From Scyliorhinus canicula (Eukaryota), in the NCBI RefSeq assembly GCF_902713615.1, contig NC_052154.1, positions 63,409,652 through 63,473,651 of the forward strand: a DNA stretch of 64,000 bases. The letters are read 5' to 3'. Both the position numbers and the translations under genes were made by a program. Each line of letters begins with the position of its first letter. Position 1 is the stretch's first letter. The notes under the pieces were generated by a model. It saw only the letters and a list, made by a program, of their open reading frames with translations, was not told the DNA's origin and made no database searches. Below, in pieces: positions 56,501 to 62,822 of the stretch.

Positions 56501-59294
56501 CCTTCATAATTTTAAATGTTTCTATAAGATCCCCCCTCATCCTTCTAAATTCCAACGAGTACAGTCCCAGTCTACTCAACCTCTCCTCATAATCCAACCC
56601 CTTCAGCTCTGGGATTAACCTAGTGAATCTCCTCTGCATACCCTCCAGTGCCGGTATGTCCTTTCTCAAGTAAGGAGACCAAAACTGAACACAATACTCC
56701 AGGTGTGGCCTCACTAACACCTTATACAATTGCAACATAACCTCCCTATTCTTAAACCCCATCCCTCTAGCAATGAAGGACAAAATTCCATTTGCCTTCT
56801 TAATCACCTGTTGCACCTGTAAGCCAACTTTCTGTGACTCATGCACTAGCACACCCAGGTCTCTCTGCACAGCGGCATGCTTTAATATTTTATCGTTTAA
56901 ATAATAATCCCGTTTGCTGTTATTCCTACCAAAATGGATAACCTCACATTTGTCAACATTGTATTCCATCTGCCAGACCCTAGCCCATTCACTTAACCTA
57001 TCCAAATCCCTCTGCAGACTTCCAGTATCCTCTGCACTTTTCGCTTTACCACTCATCTTAGTGTTGTCTGCAAACTTGGACACATTGCCCTTGGTCCCCA
57101 ACTCCAAATCATCTATGTAAATTTTGAAGTGTTTTGATAGGTCTCAAGATCAATTCAAGGGTCAGTGAACAATCCGTTTGAGTTAGTCACTCTGTCAGCC
57201 AGCAAGTGGCCCAGGTGAGGAAAAAGAAAAGGGACAGCAATAGGACCCGGTTAAGTAAAAGAAAAGGAGCAGGGAAACAGGCCCCAAGTTTGAGAAAAGG
57301 CTGTGGTGAGCAGCCTATAAGTGGGCTATTGGGATAGAAGTACCCCTCTGGACCAGTGGTTTTTCTGCTTGGCACAGCTGAAGATATGAAATTGCGTTTG
57401 CCAGCTAATGCTTGTATGTACTTGGAAAGCCAGAGAAATGTAATATCAGAAGGTGAGATTGCAAACCTGCGAGGTGAGCTTATGTTGAAGTCGGAGTAAT
57501 ATTTAGCGAGAATTAAGATCTTCAAAGGTGAAGGTTCAAAATCCTTGTGAGATAGAAGAAGTTTCAGTGAGATTGGTTGGCTCACAATGTGACAAATATC
57601 TGAGTGGGTTGTTTAAGAAATCCATGGAATTGGGTTTGGCCGCATTTGGCATTTATCCTGTAGTGTGGTGTGTTTGACCACAGTTTGCCTGTTAATTCAC
57701 ATGTACCTCATACTTAGCCTAAATGTTAGAGTATAAGATAGTTATTGTAAATTGGTTCATCTTTCTGAACTTGTATATTAAAGTATATTTTTGTTTGTTC
57801 CAAACCTGTGGAATCTTGTGATTTTATTCTATTAGCAAATGTCTTAAATCTCAAACGTCTGTTTTAATCAAACGCATTGGTCCCTAACCAGATCTCCCCA
57901 CAAATGGGGTCTGACCAAGGGTCGTAACAATTCCACAGCATAAAGTTCTGCACAAGTAATGGACCTACACATAAATTGCTTGCAGTGGTGTCTAAAAAAG
58001 TGGTGACTAATAAAGGTCTCAATCTGATAGTTCAGATATAATATTTCTCTTGGATATTATTTCTTAATGGAACTAGGTGGACAAACAAATTATCTCAAAG
58101 TAGCAAGAAACTGACATAATATTACATGATATTACATGTTCAGCAAGCAACCCCAAGTTGTTTTAATGGTCTCATATGAGATTTGTAATCATCCAATAGG
58201 TAAACTGTACCTATTGCTGTATATGTACATTTGAAGATTATATACAGGACCAGAAAAACTGTATTTAGTATATATTGCAAGAGCATACCTGTTGCATCCA
58301 GGCTCTATGATAAAGCACTTCATACTCCAACAAAACTCTGGCTACTTTATTATAACTGTGGATGATCCACCTTGCATCCTCTTTCTGCAGGGCGCCAGGC
58401 CTCTGTTCGAACAGCAACATAGGCTCCTGTATCCGTCTGAAGAGCTGTCGAGCCCAAATGATTTTTCCAGCTACTGGAGGAAAGTCACGTGGCATTGGAG
58501 GATCAGTCTTCTCTTTGTTGTAAATTTGGGACACCAGATCGATATCGTTACTGTAGCTGTGGAGAATTTTCTGAAATTGCTTATCAATTCCCAGATTCGG
58601 TATTCCAAGCCTGAAATTAAGATGGTCACATATTAAGATAAAACACATCACGACAAAAATCTGAATGGAGTCAATTAAAGTGCAGTCTTTTCCTTGCTCC
58701 TGTATCATTGTCACTGTACAAAGAACAAAGAAAATTACATCACAGGAACAGGCCCTTTGGCCCTCCCAGCCTGCGTCGATCCAGATCCTTTATCTAAACC
58801 TGTCGCCTATTTTCCAAGGATCTACTTCCCTCTGTTCTGTAGGGTCTAACATTTGCCAGCTCACAATATGCAAAGGATTTTGTCTAAAAAAAACTAAAGT
58901 AGGAAAGGCGATTCAATTGCACATTTGTGTCAAAGTGAGAACTTTGTAATTGTGGACTCAAGATACCAGTCTGTTATGGTATTCTAGCAAGGGCTTAGCA
59001 CAACACCACTTCTAAACTTGTGATTGTGAAATTATTGATGATGTGAATCATGAGGCTAGAAAGTGCGCAAAGCAAATCCCCACTGTACGTTTAGAATAGA
59101 AAGCCTTTGTTGAGCCAAATGTACTATCTACAGCTCTTCTAAAGAAACATGGGGGGTACAGATTCGTCAAAGGCACCAGTACGTTTGTAGCGACATATTT
59201 GAAATTACCTCTCAAACTTCACCACAAGTGACAATGCCTTCTGAGTGCTTGAGATACAGTCAAGAGTCGTTTCCATGAGCTGTTTGATTTCAAT
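2461..59294 (-). CDS. DNAH5: Axonemal dynein heavy chain, DNAH5-type (partial; 10 internal exons, N-terminal tail region); may be a DNAH5-like paralog
   Basis: Exons 59294-59209, 58610-58289, 51941-51735, 45454-45283, 36730-36585, 25648-25531, 9982-9752, 4957-4770, 3916-3814 and 2588-2461 all have AG/GT boundaries and splice into one open frame. Motifs [56 protein letters not shown] and [15 protein letters not shown] follow DNAH5 as I recall it, more closely than DNAH8. Confidence 0.9.
3814..3916 (-). CDS. DNAH5: Dynein heavy chain exon (103 nt): [34 protein letters not shown]
   Basis: Acceptor ttaacAG, donor CAG/GTaatt. Supplies the phase 0-1 exon the flanking exons require; resembles the DNAH5 KKIQERKMAALQ segment. 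Confidence 0.85.
4067..4101 (-). ncRNA. Minimal type I hammerhead ribozyme motif
   Basis: Minus strand reads CAC-CUGAGGA-A-GGAGC(AGU)GCUCC-GAAA-GCUC-GUG: catalytic core, stem II, palindromic AGCU stem III and short stem I. Confidence 0.7.
4306..4340 (+). ncRNA. Minimal type I hammerhead ribozyme motif
   Basis: cacctgaggaaggagcagtgctccgaaagctcgtg; exact reverse complement of 4067-4101. Confidence 0.7.
4770..4957 (-). CDS. DNAH5: Dynein heavy chain exon (188 nt): [11 protein letters not shown]...[43 protein letters not shown]
   Basis: ORF 4704..5042; acceptor ttttAG, donor AGA/GTatgt; phase 1-0. Confidence 0.92.
5190..5512 (-). mobile_element. tRNA-derived V-SINE (HE1-like), CR1-type tail
   Basis: Pol III A/B boxes, V core gggtttcctccgggtgctc..ggtttcctcccacagtccaaagatgtgc, tail gatgggccgaatggcctcctt-type. 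Confidence 0.85.
6533..6758 (-). mobile_element. Short V-SINE variant, A-rich tail
   Basis: 13-bp TSD gacattgctgctt (6520-6532, 6759-6771). Confidence 0.85.
7235..7550 (+). mobile_element. V-SINE (HE1-like)
   Basis: tRNA head, V core, (attctatg) tail. Confidence 0.8.
7869..7937 (+). repeat. Poly-G tract
   Basis: ~69 nt of G with four A interruptions. Confidence 0.9.
8447..9065 (+). mobile_element. Two tandem V-SINEs (full copy, then headless copy from ~8799)
   Basis: Two successive V cores, each with a tail. Confidence 0.85.
9752..9982 (-). CDS. DNAH5: Dynein heavy chain exon (231 nt): ENKETKV...[41 protein letters not shown]
   Basis: ORF 9717..10028; acceptor ttgcAG, donor AGG/GTatg; phase 1-1. 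Confidence 0.92.
10073..10480 (+). mobile_element. Solo LTR
   Basis: TGTCAT...ATCA ends; near-TSD GATAT/GATAC; TATAAA near 10190 and AATAAA at 10382. Confidence 0.7.
10588..11114. mobile_element. Harbinger-type MITE
   Basis: TIR ggccggaatgctcc / ggagaatcccggcc; 3-bp TSD CAT. Confidence 0.65.
12257..12479 (+). mobile_element. Short solo-LTR-like element
   Basis: TGTAAT...CTACA ends, TATA-like box and AATAAA, two perfect hairpins. No TSD found. Confidence 0.5.
12951..13216 (-). repeat. 3' LTR of the Gypsy element
   Basis: Differs from 17659-17924 at 2 positions, both CG>CA; AATAAA on the minus strand at 13001-13006. Confidence 0.97.
13350..16730 (-). CDS. Gypsy nucleocapsid-Pol polyprotein (zinc knuckles, protease, RT, RNase H, integrase)
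   Basis: 1126-aa ORF: CHYCGSSH..C / [27 protein letters not shown], integrase HHCC and D-D-E (GIDLF, SDNG, RVEK). No env or chromodomain. Confidence 0.95.
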   Translation of the reverse strand: MTCHYCGSSHLKGQCPAQGKRCRKCSKMNHFASQCQSTAKFHSSTQRHGNLKVRTVDVTNTQAPDDNFSNHEEFNSWEHTYSIGIINATAGPQELTTQPRHVHAINSASEWTATVHVQDFPITFKLDTGASANLLTSKDLASVPGTHEVLPAACKLTDYNGNPIISKGSCHLQVANKTVVTGLRFEIVEDNRSSLLGAQACKDLQLIQRIFMHTAASSRIYEDIQLLLTDYPDVFSGMGTLPYTYRTLLKETAIPVVHAPRRVPAPLRDKLKAELQRLQTQGVISRVTQPTDWVSSLVCVKKPSGELRICLDPKDLNKNIRREHYPIPKREEITSEMAKARIFTKLDASQGFWQMQLDESSRLLCTFNTPFGRYCYNRMPFGIISASEIFHRIMEQMVEGIEGVRVYVDDIIIWSATEKDHIARVKQVFQRIHHFGLKLNRAKCTFAQSSLTFLGDTISEHGVKPDAEKIAAIQSMQRPQDKKAVLRFLGFVNFLGKFIPNLAARTKALRNVTRKDTEFAWTQAHQAEWDDLRYQLMAAPTLAFFDPVKPTKISTDASQHGIGAVLLQQDDQLDWVPVAYASRAMTATECRYAQIEKECLGLITGVTKFHHYVYGLPTFIVETDHRPLVNIIDKDLNDMTPRLQRMMMKLRRYDFTLVYTPGKDLVIADTLSRAMDADNPPLASINDVEAHAQWCKETLPATDEKLQQIRQATQEDATLLQVLHNLQHGWPKGRCPQFQNVKTELSVVDGIILRNDRIVIPMALRADILHRIHEGHLGAEKCKRRARQSVYWPGINEDITNMVLSCDTCQRHRPAQCKEPLQQHEMATSPWDKVGIDLFHSMGRNYVLIIDYFSNFPEVLQLPDLTAAAVIKACKETFSRHGIPRTVMSDNGPCFASWEWTDFAKIYNFQHITSSPHFPQSNGRVEKGVHIVKQLISKAADSKSDVHLALLSYRSSPLSSGLSPAQMLFNRDVRTTLPALHFTNPDHSPVLDQMRQQRQAQKQHYDKQAKVLPPLAIGDTVRLRNPAGGWSKMAVVLRLTSPRSYVVQSDDGTMVRRNRRDLLKVTPRPRVLPTLDLQDTLDPQDTVIHLPDTPAADVRTDTHDPGSPSPLRRSTRIRRAPDRLNL
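16752..17510 (-). CDS. Gypsy Gag (capsid part), ending at an in-frame TGA
   Basis: ATG in a good Kozak context at 17510 (MEHTVLPAP...[12 protein letters not shown]...[10 protein letters not shown]...IRDQLIYGL). Confidence 0.85.
   Translation of the reverse strand: MEHTVLPAPMRATGNLNYNWKMFKQQFEMYLLAQDLHTATDGKKIALLITSCGQQLVDTYNSFTYADTEDKTKFQVIMAKLDEHYKSQSNEIIERFTLRHRLQKQGETITHLVTELRLLAQGCNFGDLTNSLIRDQLIYGLADKKLRDSLLLQNDLTLKTTIEKCLLQEQKMQQVQELFEKHSLQNIHHEDDIKMVNSPHRSSLPFSRPSLPFSGPSVHAHRPERRDPRSDRSAHAHYSQYRPWSENRNAHA
17659..17924 (-). repeat. 5' LTR of the Gypsy element
   Basis: Direct repeat of 12951-13216, followed on the minus strand by the TGG-starting PBS. Confidence 0.97.
18484..18822 (+). 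mobile_element. V-SINE (HE1-like)
   Basis: tRNA head, V core, CR1-type tail. Confidence 0.85.
18862..19663. mobile_element. Solo LTR (802 bp) inserted in an old LINE 3' fragment
   Basis: TG...CA ends; 4-bp TSD AACT (18858-18861, 19664-19667); removing it rejoins the LINE sequence ggtgaactgctttcttgaa. Confidence 0.75.
20018..20609. mobile_element. Solo LTR-like element with internal (CA)n
   Basis: TGTTAA...GTACA ends; near-TSD ACCC/ATCC. Confidence 0.5.
20670..21045. mobile_element. Solo LTR
   Basis: TGTGGT...ACCACA terminal inverted repeat; near-TSD CTGTT/CTGTC. Confidence 0.7.
21425..23112 (+). mobile_element. CR1 LINE RT fragment
   Basis: [49 protein letters not shown]. Confidence 0.9.
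21503..22034. mobile_element. Solo LTR inserted in a CR1
   Basis: TG...CA ends; near-TSD AGAG/AGTG; flanks rejoin as CR1 coding sequence (gagtcagag-aaaatgggtgag). Confidence 0.6.
24394..25434. mobile_element. PIF/Harbinger-type non-autonomous DNA transposon
   Basis: GGGC...ACCC termini with 3-bp TSD TAA; GC-rich interior. Confidence 0.7.
25531..25648 (-). CDS. DNAH5: Dynein heavy chain exon (118 nt): [39 protein letters not shown]
   Basis: ORF 25451..25645; acceptor ctaatAG. Donor AAG/GTataa gives phase 1, matching the next exon; the 3' boundary is less certain. Confidence 0.85.
26480..26990 (+). pseudogene. Highly decayed Gypsy gag/integrase remnants
   Basis: [10 protein letters not shown] (gag-like) and [22 protein letters not shown] (integrase catalytic-E region). 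Confidence 0.55.
27250..28229 (-). mobile_element. Old CR1 fragment; continues at 32085-32510 beyond the L1 insertion
   Basis: ORF 27740..28027 [13 protein letters not shown]...[19 protein letters not shown]. Confidence 0.75.
28230..32084 (-). mobile_element. Young 5'-truncated L1-clade LINE (ORF2: endonuclease C-half, RT, C-terminal Cys region)
   Basis: ORFs 31698..32027, 30041..31822 and 28497..29861 ([42 protein letters not shown]). 15-bp TSD ccagcaagttattta at 28215-28229 and 32085-32099. Confidence 0.95.
32590..33320 (-). mobile_element. L1 ORF2 fragment (same family as 28230-32084) interrupted by a SINE
   Basis: ORF 33040..33354 [11 protein letters not shown]...[12 protein letters not shown] closely parallels the young L1. 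Confidence 0.8.
32653..32992 (-). mobile_element. V-SINE, same subfamily as 8447
   Basis: Near-identical to 8447-8795. Confidence 0.85.
34195..34520 (+). repeat. Degenerate ~30-bp purine-rich minisatellite
   Basis: Recurrent cccaggag...ggagct.a.ggc units at ~30-nt spacing. Confidence 0.6.
35080..36565 (+). mobile_element. Jockey-group (RTE-X/CR1-like) LINE 3' portion with A tail
   Basis: ALDIK..FD, QGSVLGP, F(E)[19 protein letters not shown]; 3' end gggcaataaatgctgg...cccacatccc...aaaaaaaaa. Confidence 0.8.
36585..36730 (-). CDS. DNAH5: Dynein heavy chain exon (146 nt): [49 protein letters not shown]
   Basis: Translated by hand; acceptor ccaaAG, donor CAG/GTata; phase 1-0. Confidence 0.93.
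37143..37410 (-). mobile_element. Degenerate V-SINE
   Basis: V core and tail recognisable. Confidence 0.7.
37690..39340 (-). mobile_element. Old CR1 3' fragment with nested MITEs
   Basis: [10 protein letters not shown]...[20 protein letters not shown]; GVPHGSVL. Confidence 0.75.
38472..38700. mobile_element. Harbinger-type MITE
   Basis: gggctgaattttc / gaaaatcccaccc; TSD ATT; interrupts a CR1. Confidence 0.75.
39657..40040 (-). mobile_element. V-SINE with duplicated tRNA head
   Basis: Two successive heads at ~39912-39977 and ~39978-40040. Confidence 0.8.
40370..44130 (+). mobile_element. CR1 (internally deleted), split by the L1 derivative
   Basis: [28 protein letters not shown]...[14 protein letters not shown]; the CR1 3' tail resumes after 43985. 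Confidence 0.8.
41743..43974 (-). mobile_element. Internally deleted L1 derivative (5' end + ORF1 part fused to ORF2 C-terminus)
   Basis: ORF1-like [25 protein letters not shown]...IYQ (43284-43556) joins directly to ORF2 [19 protein letters not shown]; TSD gacagattttt at 41732-41742 and 43975-43985. Confidence 0.8.
44191..44382. mobile_element. Second Penelope-like inverted-repeat insert (same family as 4016-4426)
   Basis: Same arm sequence with almost no spacer; TSD tggcc(c)tgtaggtaata at ~44175-44191 and 44383-44398. Confidence 0.8.
44235..44269 (-). ncRNA. Minimal type I hammerhead ribozyme motif
   Basis: Minus strand CACCTGAGGAAGGAGCTGCGCTCCGAAAGCTCGTG; only the stem II loop differs from the 4067 copy. 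Confidence 0.7.
44466..44683 (+). mobile_element. Short V-SINE variant, A-rich tail
   Basis: TSD aataaggggatcagggg on both sides; inserted in a CR1 tail. Confidence 0.85.
45283..45454 (-). CDS. DNAH5: Dynein heavy chain exon (172 nt): [57 protein letters not shown]
   Basis: Translated by hand; acceptor ttccAG, donor TAG/GTaat; phase 0-1. Confidence 0.93.
46593..46932. mobile_element. Solo LTR inserted in an L1 endonuclease region
   Basis: TGTGAT...TTACA ends; perfect TSD GATAC (46588-46592, 46933-46937). Confidence 0.8.
48694..49105 (-). mobile_element. Two SINE pieces with (tta)n-ending Rex1-like tails, inserted in the L1
   Basis: Tail ttttcacagtaacttc...tgacaataa(tta)n; the second copy has a tRNA head at ~49035-49105. 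Confidence 0.65.
51735..51941 (-). CDS. DNAH5: Dynein heavy chain exon (207 nt): [28 protein letters not shown]...KMYNKLQ
   Basis: ORF 51702..51941; acceptor tttcAG, donor CAG/GTatt; phase 0-0. Confidence 0.95.
52324..53300 (-). mobile_element. Degenerate L1 ORF2 C-terminal fragment
   Basis: [10 protein letters not shown]...[18 protein letters not shown]; [10 protein letters not shown]. Confidence 0.8.
53568..53721. mobile_element. Harbinger-type MITE
   Basis: gggctggtttctcc / ggagaattcagccc; TSD CCT. Confidence 0.7.
54524..54713. mobile_element. Harbinger-type MITE
   Basis: gggcagaattctcc / gggaatccagccc; TSD ATT. Confidence 0.75.
55761..55986 (+). mobile_element. Short V-SINE variant inside the LTR
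   Basis: Near-TSD aaatgtt(t/a)ttaagtta. Confidence 0.85.
56137..57123 (-). mobile_element. Young 5'-truncated CR1 LINE
   Basis: Uninterrupted 290-aa ORF from KFADNTK through [15 protein letters not shown] to the natural stop, then a cttatgtt-type repeat tail. Confidence 0.92.
58289..58610 (-). CDS. DNAH5: Dynein heavy chain exon (322 nt): [12 protein letters not shown]...[13 protein letters not shown]
   Basis: Lies within ORF 58265..58714; acceptor tttcAG, donor CAG/GTatg; conserved [13 protein letters not shown] motif. Confidence 0.95.
59209..59294 (-). CDS. DNAH5: Dynein heavy chain exon (86 nt): [28 protein letters not shown](R)
   Basis: Acceptor tttgacAG, donor GAG/GTaat. Phase 0-2, joins the next exon to give [10 protein letters not shown]. 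Not in the ORF track. Confidence 0.85.
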
Positions 59295-61825
59295 CTGTCA
59301 AATTAAATTTAAGAATGTTGATATAATGTACATCATTTATTTCACTTATATTTTATTTCTTTTGGGTGGCTACCTCCTGCCAAGGCGAGGCGCGAGTGTT
59401 AGATCCCATGCCTTGGATAACTCCAGTGTGAACATATTCAAGTGAGTCTGACTGCACACTTGAATATGCTGATCTGGATCCAGCCCACAATGGGCAGGAT
59501 CCGGATTGCGACGCCTCAGGCGATCTCACTAGATCTCGCAAGGCAAAACGAGGCCGTTAAATTTCACGAGAGACGACCTTGTAGCTTTCCGAGTCAGGCG
59601 CGATGAGGCTGGTAAATTGCAGCCCATGGGTTTTCAGTTCAACTCCTGGACTGCTGAAATTATATCTATATTATATAGATATATAGATACAGAGATATAG
59701 AAATCTGGGTTGTAAAGTTAAAGAGTCCATGTCTGTGAGTGATCAAAGATGTGGAACCCTAATAGATAATCTTGAGTAAAAACACATGTACCATGTAAAT
59801 GATCATATCAATATACACACGAGGCAATTGTGGTAGAATTCTATTTGACAAGGGAAGATGAATTTGGCTGCATTTGGAGATTAGAACCCGGGGTGGGGGG
59901 GTTGTGCAGTGTGCAGCCTTTCCACATCTTGCCTCCACTTTACACCAAGTTCCTGGTTCCCACTTGTATCTTCAATGTTTCACTTAGTGTTGCTCTTGTG
60001 AGTTCTGCTGGGGTCTATTTAAATAGAGATCCTTCATTGCTTGTTGGGGCACATCGTCCCACCCATCCTCAGGATTGGCCAAGGAACCAAGAGGCAGGAT
60101 GATATGTTTGTGGTTCAGTGAAAGAACCTTAGTGAAGCCCACTAATTAATCAAATGCGTTCCTGACTCAGAAACAGTCCCACCATTTCAGCGGGGATTAA
60201 GTTTATAAAATTCCGCCATCGACATCTATATAAAGGGTTAGTGTCAGCAGCGTTTAGGGGTTAAGCCATTGTATGAATTCCAATTAATTGGTTTTGTAAA
60301 TTAATACAAAAATGTGTGAGGTCACAGCCCAATCGTTTCACTTCTGGAATCAGATTGATGGGATTCAGGTCCTTCTTTCTTTGATGGCTGTGTAGTTCCC
60401 AGGAGAAATTGTTCGGGGTCTGTGGCCAACTGTACTGAATCACCTGGAGTGCAGTGAATACTGAAAAATCAGGTATTCTTTAGTGCAATCCTGTAAAGGA
60501 ACTCACTCAATGTTCCATTTAATTAATAGATAAAAAATGGATGGGCTCCTTGACAGGAATGCACTCCACCAACCCAATTTTATGGTAATCGCTGTGTCCA
60601 GGTGTTCCGGAACAGAATTGACTTTGCGCATAATTGTGGCATTGAGATGGCTGGGCTGAAAGCATGGAAACTGGGAACAGGAATGTCTTACCTCTATGGT
60701 TACCTAGGCTTTGGTCATCTTGACCCACTTCCTTGACCTAATGAAAATCACAGCAGAAATATTTCCCAAACTGCCTGGCATTTGGATATCTCACTCAAAG
60801 ATGTGAAGGTAGGAATGTGACAAGGATGCATCAGCTCACGAAAGGCAGACATTAGGGTGATCATTATGGAAGCGTGCAAGGAATTTTAGTCTTCAGCTGA
60901 ATGTTCAAGTTCAACTGCTGGAATGGGATGACTTTTATTCTTTTATGGGATGTGACTGGCAAGCTGAGGGGCTTGCTAGCCTAGAATCAACCATATTGCT
61001 GTAGGTCTGGAGTCACAGGCAGGCCAGACCAGGTAAGGATGGCAGATTTCCTTCCCGAAAGGTTGTTCGTGAACCAGATTTCTTTTTACAATAACCAGTA
61101 ATATTTTCATAAGAACATAAGAACTAGGTGCAGGAGTAGGTAATTCAACCTCTTGAGCCAGCTCTACCAATAAATACGATCATGACTGGACTCAGCATAG
61201 AATTTACAGTGCAGAAGGAGCCCATTCGGCCCATCGAGTCTGCACCGGCCCTTGGAAAGATCACCCCACTGAAGCCCACAACTTTACCCCATCCCCACAA
61301 CCCAACAACCCCACCCAACCCTTTGGGGCACTGAGGGCAATTTAGCATGGCCAGTCCACCTAACCTGCACATTTTTGGACTTATATTGGCGATGAGGATA
61401 ACAGATTAATGATGATGCTGCCTGCGATCTGACACGTGTGAGCATCCTATTTTAATCAAAATCTGAAGAAGAGAAAATAATCACCCAAATGCCTATCCAC
61501 GGGCAAATAGATCCAATGAGATGTTGAGATATTGTTCGATCCCGACCTAATCGCCAATGGTGACTTACCGAGGCTAGATTTATATTTCAGATTTATTCAT
61601 TGAACGTTCCCCAGGAATTAACCTGGGCCTTTGTCTTACTCATTGAGTGACATTACTACCCTACCACTATCTAGCGTGTTGTTCTCCAACTCAAAAGTAA
61701 ATTAAGTATACAAAAATAAAATACTCTGGAAGCAATGACCTCAGCTGACACTTCATGACATTTTTGAAAACTCAGAGAGATTACTCCAATCTATTGACCA
61801 TTACCTGTGGTAGCATGTGGTTACC

Positions 61826-62169
61826 ATAGAATTTACAGTGCAGAAGGAGGCCATTCGGCCCACCGAGTCTGCACCGGCTCCTGGAAAGAGCACCCTACCC
61901 AAGGTTAACACCTCCACCCTATCCCCATAACCCAGTAACCCCACCCAACACTAAGGGCAATTTTGGACACTAAGGGCAATTTATCATGGCCAATCCACCT
62001 AACCTGCACATCTTTGGACTGTGGGAGGAAACCGGAGCACCCGGAGGAAACCCACACACACACTGGGAGGATGTGCAGACTCCACACAGACAGTGACCCA
62101 AGCTGGAATTGAACGTGGGACCCTGGAGCTGTGAAGCGATTGTGCTATCCACAATGCTACCATGCTGCC
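61826..62169 (-). mobile_element. V-SINE (HE1-like)
   Basis: Full head, core and tail; sits in a 20-bp tandem repeat. A tail-half copy lies at 61197-61380. Confidence 0.88.
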
Positions 62170-62482
62170 TGTTACCTGTGGTAGCATATGGTTACCTGTG
62201 GTAGCATGTGGTTACCTGTGGTTGCATGCTTTCATCCTAGCCACCTCAATGCCTCATTTATGTTTGAAGTCAAAATTTTCAATAGAGATTTGATGAGTTA
62301 CCAGAACAGAGAGTGGGAGAAAATCCAGAGCTTCAAAGGAAATCTAACCTTCAACTGCCTAATGTTTGTTGTTAATTGTGTGAACTGTTAAAGCAATTGC
62401 CATGGTTTTTACATTGGCAAACAGAACTCCAAATAATTGTTTGGATTTGATCACGAGCCTTCTCCATATAATTGAAAGCTAC

Positions 62483-62673
62483 GGCAGGAATTCTCCAGTC
62501 GTTGCGATTCACTTTCCCTGCTGGCAGCGCACACACGCCCACGGGCTTACCAGCAGTGTCGGGTGGTTACAATGGGAAATCCTGTAGACAAGCGGCGGGA
62601 AGATAGAATCTTGTCACCAGCAAATGGTGCGTTGCCGAGAAACAGACGGCTGGGGAAGCAAAGAATCCCGCCC
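62483..62673. mobile_element. Harbinger-type MITE
   Basis: ggcaggaattct / agaatcccgccc; TSD TAC. Confidence 0.7.
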
Positions 62674-62822
62674 TACATTAAGTGAGGTTATATAGGAAAG
62701 TACTGCCCACAGAATATTGCTCAACATTTGCAATTCTAAACATGTTCTGCTTACTTTTTCAATATTCTGCAGTGTGCATGAACATTTCCATAATAGTGTT
62801 TTGCAAATCTTTCAGACATAAT

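Larger units (their letters stand above)
55738..57929. mobile_element. Solo LTR carrying a nested SINE and CR1
   Basis: 8-bp terminal inverted repeat TGTTACGA/TCGTAACA; near-TSD ATTG/ATTC. Confidence 0.6.
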
